Origin: a virus
Virus record (IMG/VR): IMGVR_UViG_3300035041_000009
Location: 1-52,637 of that record
Reading direction: 5' to 3' (one strand)
DNA length: 52,637 bases
The notes beneath the pieces were generated by a model, which did not search any database, was not told where the DNA came from, and worked only from the letters and a program-made list of their open reading frames with translations. Each line of letters opens with the position of its first letter. Within the stretch, counting starts at the first letter, position 1. Shown in pieces: positions 37,319 to 45,804 of the stretch. The position numbers were made by a program, and so were the translations under genes.

Positions 37319-37488
37319 GCGAAGGACTGAAGTGGTTTTTGGAGACCTTGCACGCAGCGCGTAGGCAGACCCGCCAAGATCTGCAACGCGCACGGGCAAG
37401 GGTGGATGAGCTGGCGGAAAAGGAAGTGGAACTTACCGCCAAAATCGAAAGTGTGGAGGAGACTATCAGGAAAAGGAGCGCGGCATGA
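37315..37488 (+). CDS. Hypothetical coiled-coil protein
   Basis: ATGA coupling with the upstream gene. Confidence 0.55.
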   Translation: MSEGLKWFLETLHAARRQTRQDLQRARARVDELAEKEVELTAKIESVEETIRKRSAA

Positions 37489-37682
37489 ACTGGGATGCTT
37501 TTAGGCAAGGGCTGGACACCAGCAGCGTTGACGATTTGAACAACTACATAAAGGAATTGCGTGGGGCCAGGGCGCACGTGACCCAGGCAATCGAGCATCT
37601 GCGGGAGGAAGACGCAGAGATCGACATCGAGATACAGCGAATGTATCAGCGAATTAAAAGACTGAAGGAGGTTGCAGCATGA
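37485..37682 (+). CDS. Hypothetical protein
   Basis: Track ORF with ATGA coupling. Confidence 0.6.
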   Translation: MNWDAFRQGLDTSSVDDLNNYIKELRGARAHVTQAIEHLREEDAEIDIEIQRMYQRIKRLKEVAA

Positions 37683-37849
37683 GGGAATCACACGATGACT
37701 GGGGTATCTGCCCATATTGCGGGCAACTGGACGAAGCAGGCAACCGTTGTGGATGCGACGCGCAAAGCCTGTATGACTTTGAAGAGGAGCGCGGGGATTA
37801 TCTATACCACCGCATGAAGGACATGGAAGCGGAGGAGATGACGATATGA
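37679..37849 (+). CDS. 56-aa zinc-ribbon-like protein (not in ORF track)
   Basis: ATG follows GAAGGAGG. Contains CPYCG...CGC. ATGA couplings at both ends. Confidence 0.6.
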   Translation: MRESHDDWGICPYCGQLDEAGNRCGCDAQSLYDFEEERGDYLYHRMKDMEAEEMTI

Positions 37850-38586
37850 GCAAGATTGACTTTAAAAGGTTCGCTGAACCGTTCCCTGCTGATGATGTGG
37901 AATGGCGCATTGCTCAGAAGGGTGTTGGCAGGAACGACAAACCGTGGGCAAAGGTTCTTGCTTACATAACCAACCGCGCGATTATGCAGCGTTTAGACGA
38001 TGTAGCAGGCCCGGAAAACTGGAAGAACGAGTTTGTGCATATTGAAGGTGCATTCTTGTGCGGTTTGTCTATCAAGATAGATGGTGAGTGGGTTACGAAA
38101 TGGGACGGTGCCCAGGAAAGCCAGATCGAAGCAACCAAAGGCGGATTATCTGGGGCGATGAAGCGGGCCGCTGTCCAATGGGGGATAGGCCGTTATCTGT
38201 ATGGCCTGGATGAAGGGTTTGCAGAAGTTTGCGACAACGGGCGCTTTTACAGTGGCAGGGATCAGCGCAACAATATCCCTGCATTTAAGTGGAACCCCCC
38301 GAAGCTCCCAGCCTGGGCGTTGCCGCAAACAACAGACAGGCGGAAAGAGGAGAAACGGGGGACCACAGGTGTAAATAATCACGATCATAATACCCAAAAC
38401 AAACCACCGCGTCAAAGAAGTAACGGCGCTTCCGTCCTTTCGCAAGAGCAGTTCGAGCAATATCTTCCGGCTTGGAAGGTGCAAGTCAAGGAAGGTAAGC
38501 GCACCGTACAGGACATTGTGAACGCGGCAAGGGACAAGGGCATCAACCTTACAAACACACAAATAAAGCAACTGGAGGCAGCATGA
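37846..38586 (+). CDS. Rad52/Sak-type single-strand annealing protein
   Basis: RIAQKG...AYITNRAIMQRLDDVAGPENW...KGGLSGAMKRAAVQWGIGRYLY. Confidence 0.8.
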   Translation: MSKIDFKRFAEPFPADDVEWRIAQKGVGRNDKPWAKVLAYITNRAIMQRLDDVAGPENWKNEFVHIEGAFLCGLSIKIDGEWVTKWDGAQESQIEATKGGLSGAMKRAAVQWGIGRYLYGLDEGFAEVCDNGRFYSGRDQRNNIPAFKWNPPKLPAWALPQTTDRRKEEKRGTTGVNNHDHNTQNKPPRQRSNGASVLSQEQFEQYLPAWKVQVKEGKRTVQDIVNAARDKGINLTNTQIKQLEAA

Positions 38587-40238
38587 ACACACACGACAAC
38601 ATAGAGCAGGGAACCCCGGAATGGCACGCACTACGCGCTGAACACTTCACCGCGTCCGAGGCATCCGCAATGATGGGGGAGAGTAAATACAAAAGCCGGA
38701 ATCAACTCCTGGAAGAGAAGGCCACCGGCAAAACCCCCGAAGTATCCGAAGCAAAGCAGAGGATATTTGACCAGGGGCATGAGGCGGAAGTTGCAGCACG
38801 CGACATTCTGGAGATGGAGACGCTTGAAAGTTACCCACCGCTGGTAGCTACGCGCGAGATTGAAGGTCTGCCACTGTTGGCTTCGTTCGACGGTTGCAGC
38901 CTGGGAAGCCGCGGACTGTGGGAGCACAAGCTGTGGAACGAAACCCTGGCGGAGAATGTGCGTAATGGCGCGCTGACTCCTGACTATTATTTTCAGCTGG
39001 AGCATCAGTTGCTTGTAGCTGGAGATAGCGCCACAACCGTCACATTCACTACATCAGACGGAACCATGGAAAAGCGCGAAAGTATGGTTTATGAATCTGT
39101 GCCTGAACGGCGCGAAAGGCTCATTGCCGGGTGGCACCAATTCGCAGCGGACCTTGCCAACTACAAGCCCAAGGCCAAGCAGGAGAAGGTAGAAGGCGCG
39201 GACGCTGACGGTTTCCCTCTCGTTAAATACGAAGTGCACGGCACCGCCATTCACTCCAACCTGCGCGACATTCTCCCCATCGTGAAGGAGCGCGCAAAAG
39301 AAGAAATGGCCCGCCCGCTGGAAACGGATCAGGACTTTGCGGATAAGGAAAAGCAGGTAAAGGCGGTAAAGGCAGCGCGTAAGCACCTGAAGGAAACAAC
39401 GGAAGATGTAAAGGGTGAGTTTGTGTCCTTCGCTGAATTTTCATCCTTAGCGGCGGAAATGGATAGCGTACTGCAGAAGCTCCAGAGCCACGGCGAGAAG
39501 GCCGTTAAAGATGCCAAGGCGCAGAAAAAGCGCGAGATTGAGCAGAGTGCAGACGAGGCCCTGCGCGAGCATATCGCAAGCGTGAACGAAAAGATTGCCC
39601 CCCTGCACATTGAAAACATCATCGACATTATCCCGGACTGGGGCACAGCGATGAAGAACAAGCGCACCCTGGAATCATTGCAGAACGCCGTGGATGAAGA
39701 GTTGAGCCGGGTGCAGATCGAGATTGCGCAGGCGGTAAAGATCATCCAGAACAACCTTGAATTTTTCAACAGTCAGAAAGACTACCACTTTCTGTTCAAC
39801 GATTTGGAGCGGATCATCAACCAGCAGTCCGAAGGCTTTAAGGCCCTGGTGCAGCAGCGTATCGCGGACTACGAAGCGGAGCAGAAGGAAAAGCGCGAAC
39901 GTGAGGAGAGGGAGCGCAAGGAGCGCGAAGCGGCAGAGGTAAAGCGCAGGGAAGAGGCTGAAGCGCGGCGCAAGGAACGGGAAGAAGCGGATGCCAAGTG
40001 CAGGGAAGAAGATCGTGCGCAGGAGGTTAAGACCGAACCGGAGGAGGCCCATGAAGCATCGGCAACGAATGCACAAACGCCTGCTGAAGTGCCAATACCT
40101 GAGAAGGTTTCTACGGGCGAAGCGTACACGCTCATTGATGAAATAGAGGCATGGGCGCAGCGACACCAGTTGGAACCATCGTCCTTGCGGGAGCTGTTCC
40201 AGATTATCCGCAGGCATTATGCGAAGGAGGCAGCATAG
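38583..40238 (+). CDS. YqaJ/lambda-Exo-type exonuclease with a long charged C-terminal extension
   Basis: GTPEWHALRAEHFTASEASAMMGESKYKSRNQLLEEK...ASFDG...WEHKLW. The C-terminal half is an E/R/K coiled coil. Confidence 0.8.
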   Translation: MNTHDNIEQGTPEWHALRAEHFTASEASAMMGESKYKSRNQLLEEKATGKTPEVSEAKQRIFDQGHEAEVAARDILEMETLESYPPLVATREIEGLPLLASFDGCSLGSRGLWEHKLWNETLAENVRNGALTPDYYFQLEHQLLVAGDSATTVTFTTSDGTMEKRESMVYESVPERRERLIAGWHQFAADLANYKPKAKQEKVEGADADGFPLVKYEVHGTAIHSNLRDILPIVKERAKEEMARPLETDQDFADKEKQVKAVKAARKHLKETTEDVKGEFVSFAEFSSLAAEMDSVLQKLQSHGEKAVKDAKAQKKREIEQSADEALREHIASVNEKIAPLHIENIIDIIPDWGTAMKNKRTLESLQNAVDEELSRVQIEIAQAVKIIQNNLEFFNSQKDYHFLFNDLERIINQQSEGFKALVQQRIADYEAEQKEKREREERERKEREAAEVKRREEAEARRKEREEADAKCREEDRAQEVKTEPEEAHEASATNAQTPAEVPIPEKVSTGEAYTLIDEIEAWAQRHQLEPSSLRELFQIIRRHYAKEAA

Positions 40239-40544
40239 ATGTACTACAACACCACCAACCTGAAAGGAGCGGAACTGAAAGCCGCCCAGGATAAAGCCCG
40301 CACCCAGGAGCAGGACGTTTACGAAATCCTGTACCTGGCGAACCGGCCCCTGGGTGCGAGTGAGGTAATGGAGAGGCTTCGTCACTTCAATAAGCGCCCG
40401 CCCATAACATCGGTGCGGCGGGCAATATCGAACTTAAAGAAAAGCGGATTAGTAGAGCGGGCAGATCATCAGATTATCGGCCCGTATGGCAGACGCGAAT
40501 ATGCGTGGACACTTAAACGTAAGGAACCCATGGGATGGCAGTGA
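40239..40544 (+). CDS. Winged-helix DNA-binding protein
   Basis: VYEILYLANRPLGASEVMERL...ISNLKKSGLVE. Confidence 0.6.
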   Translation: MYYNTTNLKGAELKAAQDKARTQEQDVYEILYLANRPLGASEVMERLRHFNKRPPITSVRRAISNLKKSGLVERADHQIIGPYGRREYAWTLKRKEPMGWQ

Positions 40545-41173
40545 GGCAAGAACAAGGAGGAGTGGTCTGCAAGGGGCGTCGCTGGACAGAAGCGGAAGTG
40601 GAATTGCTTAGGCAAGGTTTCGGCGCCGGCATCCCTGATGATGAAATGGCGGTTCTTTTAAGGCGGACGCATGTTGCCATAAAGCAAAAGCGCAAGAGAA
40701 TGAAGATTACTGGCGACCCCAATCAAAGGCGGCTGTCTGATAAGGCAAGAACTGGAATGGCTAGGAAAAAGAGGGGGCCAGAAAGCCACTCATGGAAAGG
40801 CGGCAGGCGCATAACTTCAGGCGGATATGTCGAAATACACATGCCAAGCCATCATCGTGCAAGAAAAAATGGATACGTTTTCGAGCATATAGTTGTCGCT
40901 GAGAAAAAAGAGGGGAGAAGGATGTCACGCGATGAATGTGTCCATCATGCCGATGGGAACAAAGAAAATAATTCCCCTGAAAATATCATAGTAATTAAAA
41001 GGTCGGCCCATTCGGGACAACACGCAAGGCTTAGAAGCAGGAAGGTCGAAATGATTTGCAGCGTATGCCACGCCCCGTTTTACGTAAAGCCATCCCATCG
41101 GGAAAAAAGGAAAACATGCAGTAAATCATGCGCGGCACAAATAACTTTATGGAGAGGAAACCAATGTCAGTAA
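40535..41173 (+). CDS. HNH endonuclease with a Myb/SANT-like N-terminus
   Basis: RRWTEAEVELLRQGF in the N-terminus. HNH core: GYVFEHIVVAE...VHHADGNKENNSPENI. Confidence 0.8.
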   Translation: MAVRQEQGGVVCKGRRWTEAEVELLRQGFGAGIPDDEMAVLLRRTHVAIKQKRKRMKITGDPNQRRLSDKARTGMARKKRGPESHSWKGGRRITSGGYVEIHMPSHHRARKNGYVFEHIVVAEKKEGRRMSRDECVHHADGNKENNSPENIIVIKRSAHSGQHARLRSRKVEMICSVCHAPFYVKPSHREKRKTCSKSCAAQITLWRGNQCQ

Positions 41174-41658
41174 ATAAGTGGATAGGTATCGGCAATCTTA
41201 CTCGTGATCCGGAAAGCAGATTTACACCTTCCGGCACTGAAGTTTGTAACTTTAGCATTGCCTGCAATGACAGGTTTAAGGACCGTGAAGGCAATAAGCA
41301 GGAGAGTGTCGAATATGTAAACATTGTCGCATGGCGTCAACTTGCTGAAATCTGCGGTAAATATTTGCAGAAGGGCAAGCAGATTTATGTTGAGGGGAAG
41401 CTCAAAACGAGAAAGTGGCAGGACAGAAACGGTGTCGACCGTTACACCCCCGAAATTGTAATTGACACTATGCAAATGCTCGGCAGTGCATCCGATAGCC
41501 AGCAGAACACCGGTGCCGGACAAAATGCCGGACAATCCCAGCAGCAAAACAACGCCCAGACCCCCGGAAACACTGGCGGTTATGCTGGACAAAATGGCGG
41601 ACAGCCTGGATATGCAAACGGCCCTGACTTTGCGCCGGACGATTCTACCCCTTTTTAA
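41164..41658 (+). CDS. ssb: Single-stranded DNA-binding protein
   Basis: MSVNKWIGIGNLTRDPESRFTPSGTEVCNFSIA..., a Gly/Gln-rich linker and a DDSTPF tail. Confidence 0.92.
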   Translation: MSVNKWIGIGNLTRDPESRFTPSGTEVCNFSIACNDRFKDREGNKQESVEYVNIVAWRQLAEICGKYLQKGKQIYVEGKLKTRKWQDRNGVDRYTPEIVIDTMQMLGSASDSQQNTGAGQNAGQSQQQNNAQTPGNTGGYAGQNGGQPGYANGPDFAPDDSTPF

Positions 41659-41666
41659 AATCCAAA

Positions 41667-41701
41667 GGGCGGCAGACCCACCAAAGCCGCCCTCTCTTTT
41701 T
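41667..41701 (+). terminator. Rho-independent terminator after ssb
   Basis: GGGCGGC pairs with GCCGCCC, followed by TCTCTTTTT. Confidence 0.7.
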
Positions 41702-41716
41702 GCCTATGGAGGATAT

Positions 41717-42232
41717 ATGCAACAACACCTAAGCGCACCGCAAGTTTGCCTGCTGTTTTCCAGCACCGTACTTGGATTGTTAGACACCCTGAAGCAACGC
41801 AGGGTTGAAATCCTGGGCGGATGGGATCGGGCCGTTATTAAGCGCGGAGTTATCAAAAAGACCGACCCCGCTGTGGAGCAGATACAGGAGATGGAGGAAC
41901 GCTTTTTCGCCGTGTCCGCGGATCTGGAAAAGTTGTGCGGGAAACTCACCGTAAATGTAATGCGGCGCAACGGCAAGCCTTTAAGCCTGGTAGATGACCC
42001 TGCACGTAACTTTATCCACATGATTGCCGGGAGAATGATCGACGAGCTGCAACACTTTGTCGATACCGCCGCCAACGGATGTGAGCCGGGCGTTACCTAC
42101 CTGGACGGTTACAACGACGCCATAGACGAACTGGAGCACCTGATGTTCAAGCACAACATGAGTCGGCAAGCCGCACTTGACGCGCTGAGAGAAGGGCACA
42201 AGCGGCGCAATACGCTGGGAGAAGCAGCATGA
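41717..42232 (+). CDS. Hypothetical protein (171 aa)
   Basis: ATG follows GGAGGA. The upstream part of the track ORF overlaps ssb and the terminator. Confidence 0.65.
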   Translation: MQQHLSAPQVCLLFSSTVLGLLDTLKQRRVEILGGWDRAVIKRGVIKKTDPAVEQIQEMEERFFAVSADLEKLCGKLTVNVMRRNGKPLSLVDDPARNFIHMIAGRMIDELQHFVDTAANGCEPGVTYLDGYNDAIDELEHLMFKHNMSRQAALDALREGHKRRNTLGEAA

Positions 42233-42729
42233 GTAATCCAAGAAACTTCAACACCAACACTGCAAACCATGACGAGTGGTTAACTCCGCCAGAAATTATA
42301 GAGGCTCTCGGCCCCTTCGATCTGGACCCATGCGCACCAACGCCTGAGACACGACCGTGGTCTACTGCCGTGAGACATTATTCCATCCACGATGACGGTT
42401 TATTGAAGCCTTGGTATGGACGGATATGGTGTAACCCGCCGTACGGCAGAGAAACTTTTGCCTGGCTCAACAAGCTGGCTGAACACGGGGATGGAATTGC
42501 TTTGATTTTTGCCAGGACAGAGACGCGCGGATTCCATGCAGAAATATGGGATAAGGCGGATGCTGTCTTCTTCTTCAAGGGGCGGCTGAAATTCCACAAG
42601 GTAACCGGTGAGCAGGGAAACACCGCAAATGCCCCCAGTTGTCTTGTAGCTTACGGTCAGAACAATGTCAGGGCGCTGAGGCATAGCGGATTGAAGGGAA
42701 AGCTTGTGGAACTTAGGGAGGCTGCGTAA
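42229..42729 (+). CDS. Phage Dam-family DNA N6-adenine methyltransferase
   Basis: DEWLTPPEIIEALGPFDLDPCA...LLKPWYGRIWCNPPYGRE. Confidence 0.85.
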   Translation: MSNPRNFNTNTANHDEWLTPPEIIEALGPFDLDPCAPTPETRPWSTAVRHYSIHDDGLLKPWYGRIWCNPPYGRETFAWLNKLAEHGDGIALIFARTETRGFHAEIWDKADAVFFFKGRLKFHKVTGEQGNTANAPSCLVAYGQNNVRALRHSGLKGKLVELREAA

Positions 42730-43136
42730 TGACACTGCTACAGCTTATCGAACAATCAGCGGTTAATGCCCTGGATCACGGCTTTGACGTAACCCAGCAC
42801 GAAACCCAGCTGTTACTCATCGGCACTGAAATTGCCGAGGCCCTGGAGCATGTTGAGCCTGGTAACAATCAGGCAATTCTGGAAATACGCGAGACCTTTG
42901 AGCACACGATGTTCTGCCTTGAAGACTTTCGCCGACAAGCAAAAGACTATACCGACACATCCGCAATACCCACAGCACAGCACCGCTCAGAATACGTGGA
43001 AGAGCTGGCGGACATAATCATCCGCGTGTGCAGTTACGCCGGTGGAAACGGCATGGCGCTGGATTTGGTGCTGATGCTTGAAGAAAAAACCAGCAAAAAT
43101 AAGGCTCGTCCGTATCGGCACGGCAAAGGATTTTAG
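42729..43136 (+). CDS. MazG-like nucleotide pyrophosphohydrolase
   Basis: All-alpha protein with LIGTEIAEALE and EELADIIIRV motifs. Confidence 0.7.
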   Translation: MTLLQLIEQSAVNALDHGFDVTQHETQLLLIGTEIAEALEHVEPGNNQAILEIRETFEHTMFCLEDFRRQAKDYTDTSAIPTAQHRSEYVEELADIIIRVCSYAGGNGMALDLVLMLEEKTSKNKARPYRHGKGF

Positions 43137-43144
43137 GGGGACAT

Positions 43145-43705
43145 ATGCCACGCAAAAAGCCTTTGACGAAAATGGTGTTGGAGCATCTGCAAAAGTACGG
43201 CCGCATTGATTATGCGCAGGTGTCAGAACTCGCGTGGTCATCTAAACAGCCATGCCAGGTGATTTATTACCTGCGCCGCGCCGGACACGACATACGCGGG
43301 AATGGTCGCCCGGCCACAGAATGGACATACCACGGCGAAATTGACAATGCCGAAAAAACCGCAACGGCACGGCGGCACAGCCTGGGTCCTGCTCTCGAAG
43401 ATGCAGAGGTTAAATGCTCGGTGTGTGGGTATGTGTTCCATGTGCAGGTATGGCCGGGAGAAAAACCAGATAGCCGGAGAGTGTGCCACCGTTGCCGTCA
43501 GCGGCAAACAGACATAGGTACTGATGAGGTGATGAGCATACCCGCGCCCAGCGCACAGGTGAAACCAGAACTCCCCGAGTGCAAGGTATACCGCCCCAGG
43601 GACAAAGGGTTTGAAGAACGAGCGCGGGAGGTCACACACATAAAGAAGATTAAAAACCGTGCTACAGACCTGGCGCCGAGCGTGAGGTTTAGCTTTAAGT
43701 ATTGA
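43145..43705 (+). CDS. wHTH plus zinc-ribbon protein
   Basis: N-terminal wHTH-like region, then CSVCG...CHRCRQ. Confidence 0.6.
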   Translation: MPRKKPLTKMVLEHLQKYGRIDYAQVSELAWSSKQPCQVIYYLRRAGHDIRGNGRPATEWTYHGEIDNAEKTATARRHSLGPALEDAEVKCSVCGYVFHVQVWPGEKPDSRRVCHRCRQRQTDIGTDEVMSIPAPSAQVKPELPECKVYRPRDKGFEERAREVTHIKKIKNRATDLAPSVRFSFKY

Positions 43706-43714
43706 GGGGTAAAT

Positions 43715-43885
43715 ATGTGCGAGGAAAAGATAAAAATAGAGCTGCCAGTTAAGGAGATCAACAAACGCGGCACCGGCTGGATAACCAAGCAGATGGAGAA
43801 CGCAGGCATGAAGCGATACCCGTACACATGGAGGGGCAAGGGGCTGGATACGGTAGTGATAGAGGGGGTTAAATGCAGCGAATAA
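43715..43885 (+). CDS. 56-aa hypothetical protein (not in ORF track)
   Basis: ATG follows GAGGGG. Fills the gap and overlaps the next gene by 13 nt. Confidence 0.45.
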   Translation: MCEEKIKIELPVKEINKRGTGWITKQMENAGMKRYPYTWRGKGLDTVVIEGVKCSE

Positions 43886-44274
43886 TTATCAGAGACGCGG
43901 CACTCCGGGAGCGAGCATTGGAGTGCGTAAGAAAAGCTCCCGAAGGCCACGAGGTAGTTATCAAGAAGTATAAACCACCAAAGACCATCCCGCAACTATC
44001 GTACTGCTTTGGGGTGATCTACAAGACGATCATCCAGTTTGTTGAAGAGAGTTACGGGGAAACATTCACGCCCGAGGAAATCCATAAGTGGATGAAAAAG
44101 CAGATCATCGGCGTGGATTACAAAGAGTTTGACGGTGAGGTGATAGAGACCGAGCGCGAACTTAAAAAGTCAGACCGGGAGGAATGGAGCAGGTACATAG
44201 ACTGCGTGATCCGGTACTGCTGGAATAGGTGGGGGCTGATGATACCGGCCCCGGAGTGGAGGGAAGAACATTGA
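43873..44274 (+). CDS. NinB/Orf-like protein (tentative)
   Basis: VVIKKYKPPKTIPQLSYCFGVIYKTI loosely matches the NinB pattern (...RSLDQNRKLWA...). It sits in a nin-like region. Confidence 0.5.
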   Translation: MQRIIIRDAALRERALECVRKAPEGHEVVIKKYKPPKTIPQLSYCFGVIYKTIIQFVEESYGETFTPEEIHKWMKKQIIGVDYKEFDGEVIETERELKKSDREEWSRYIDCVIRYCWNRWGLMIPAPEWREEH

Positions 44275-45464
44275 CATGGATAATACCAAAGAATTTACAG
44301 CTATCGAGTGGTGCGCCGGATACGGAGGCATTCAGCTTGGACTTAGACGAGTTATCCCGAATATGCGAACAATCGCTTATAGCGAGATCGAAGCCTTCGC
44401 TTGCGCGAACTTGGTTGCGAAGATGGAAGCGGGAAAGTTGGATGCAGCACCTATATGGCCGGATCTTAAAACCTTCCCGTGCAAAGAGTTTCACGGAAAA
44501 GTGGACTTGCTTGTTGCCGGATACCCGTGCCAGCCATTCAGCGCCGCAGGTAGACGAGGCGGAGCAGACGATCCCCGCCACCTCTGGCCGTATATCCGAG
44601 ACGCAATTAGAATTATTCAGCCCCGATACTGCTTCTTTGAAAACGTCGATGGACACATATCGCTTGGACTCTCCACAGTCATCTCAGATTTGGAAGAAGA
44701 TGGTTACCGAGCAACGTTTGGAATATTCAGCGCGGAAGAATGCGGCGCTCCACACCGCAGAAAGCGGGTGTTTATCTTGGCAGACCGCAACAGTATCAAC
44801 GGGGGCACATCGCCAAGCAGACGGGACAATGACAGACAAGCTAGACAGACAGGTGAAGAAGTGGGCGACACCCAACACAATGGATTATCTGGATTGCAGG
44901 ACACCGGAAGGGGTGTTGAGACAAGCAACTGGAGCGCGGAAGGGCAGATCAAGACCGGCAAACCTACGGGAGCAGGTAGACCCTGTAACGTGCGAGATAT
45001 ACAAGAAAGCGAACTGGCCCACCACCACCACCAGGGATTACAAGGGTTGCGGCAATGCAGTGGACAGGAAGGACGGCAAGCACCGCTTGGACACTTTGGA
45101 AGCGGTGGCCAAGTTTGGCCCGCAAGACCGGGAGAACCGCAATATGAGTGGGAGCCACCGAGAACTACAGGAGGAGTGGACTACACCTCTGGCAGACGAC
45201 ACTGGATTCCGTCAGAAACGATACTCACAAGGCGGAACAGCACTTTCGATGCAGGCACAAGGCAAGCTGAACGCCCGCTGGGTAGAGACTTTAATGGGCT
45301 TACCCGTGGGATGGACTATGCCGAGTTGTGCCGAACCTGTGATAATCGCACCGATGAACTGCGGTTGTTGGGAAACGGTATCGTGCCTGCAACAGCAGAG
45401 CGGGCATGGCGGGTGTTGTATGGGAGGCTGTGATGAACTTCAAGCAAAAAAAATGGCGCAATAA
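44271..45464 (+). CDS. Fully overlapping +1-frame ORF (about 398 aa) with WxTP..D repeats and an LNxxWVExLMGxPxGWT motif (frame B)
   Basis: Open from 44229 to 45464. TTG 44271 lies 7 nt after GGAGGG and overlaps the upstream TGA. Motifs are KKWATPNTMDY, NWPTTTTRDYKG, EEWTTPLADD and KLNARWVETLMGLPVGWT. The first ATG in this frame is at 44442. Confidence 0.5.
   Translation: MTWIIPKNLQLSSGAPDTEAFSLDLDELSRICEQSLIARSKPSLARTWLRRWKRESWMQHLYGRILKPSRAKSFTEKWTCLLPDTRASHSAPQVDEAEQTIPATSGRISETQLELFSPDTASLKTSMDTYRLDSPQSSQIWKKMVTEQRLEYSARKNAALHTAESGCLSWQTATVSTGAHRQADGTMTDKLDRQVKKWATPNTMDYLDCRTPEGVLRQATGARKGRSRPANLREQVDPVTCEIYKKANWPTTTTRDYKGCGNAVDRKDGKHRLDTLEAVAKFGPQDRENRNMSGSHRELQEEWTTPLADDTGFRQKRYSQGGTALSMQAQGKLNARWVETLMGLPVGWTMPSCAEPVIIAPMNCGCWETVSCLQQQSGHGGCCMGGCDELQAKKMAQ
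44276..45433 (+). CDS. DNA cytosine-5 methyltransferase (frame A)
   Basis: Motifs in canonical order: I EWCAGYGG, IV GYPCQPFS, VI ENV, VIII RKRVFILA, then WPARPGEPQYEWEPPR and X LLGNGIVP. Confidence 0.85.
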   Translation: MDNTKEFTAIEWCAGYGGIQLGLRRVIPNMRTIAYSEIEAFACANLVAKMEAGKLDAAPIWPDLKTFPCKEFHGKVDLLVAGYPCQPFSAAGRRGGADDPRHLWPYIRDAIRIIQPRYCFFENVDGHISLGLSTVISDLEEDGYRATFGIFSAEECGAPHRRKRVFILADRNSINGGTSPSRRDNDRQARQTGEEVGDTQHNGLSGLQDTGRGVETSNWSAEGQIKTGKPTGAGRPCNVRDIQESELAHHHHQGLQGLRQCSGQEGRQAPLGHFGSGGQVWPARPGEPQYEWEPPRTTGGVDYTSGRRHWIPSETILTRRNSTFDAGTRQAERPLGRDFNGLTRGMDYAELCRTCDNRTDELRLLGNGIVPATAERAWRVLYGRL

Positions 45465-45726
45465 AAAATACCTGGACTTCGTGCGCTCACTCCCGTGCTC
45501 ACTTTGCGGAGCGCCAGCGGACCACGCCCACCATATCATCGGCATAGGCGGTATGGGCGGCATGGGAACAAAAGCCAGTGACCACATGACAATGCCGATG
45601 TGCGCAGGCTGCCACCGGGCAATGCATGACGATCCGAGTAAATGGAGCCTACAGTGGGAATTTATCGCGCATACACTCGGCAAGGCGATAGATGCGGGGG
45701 TGCTGGATGTTAAAGGCAGAGGTTGA
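45433..45726 (+). CDS. DUF968-like zinc/HNH-like protein
   Basis: KKYLDFVRSLPCSLCGAPADHAHHI...MPMCAGCHRAMH. Confidence 0.7.
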   Translation: MNFKQKKWRNKKYLDFVRSLPCSLCGAPADHAHHIIGIGGMGGMGTKASDHMTMPMCAGCHRAMHDDPSKWSLQWEFIAHTLGKAIDAGVLDVKGRG

Positions 45727-45804
45727 TCCCGATTTTTGCAGAGAATTTTGCTGCGCCGGGCGTTTTTTGGATAAACGCGGCTGCATGGCAAGTGGAGGTG
45801 AAGA

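Noticed and set aside
44276-45433. The C5-MTase could be a frameshifted pseudogene (A-to-B-to-A chimera caused by two indels).
   Set aside because: Both frames stay open across the entire 1.2 kb. Frame A alone also contains a coherent full motif set, including WPxRPGEPQYEWEPPR and motif X. A pseudogene is not the simplest reading. It is kept as the main alternative in the finding.
45727-45804. A possible terminator (GCGCCGGGCGTTTTTT) between the DUF968 gene and rusA.
   Set aside because: The stem is only 3-4 bp, too weak to call.
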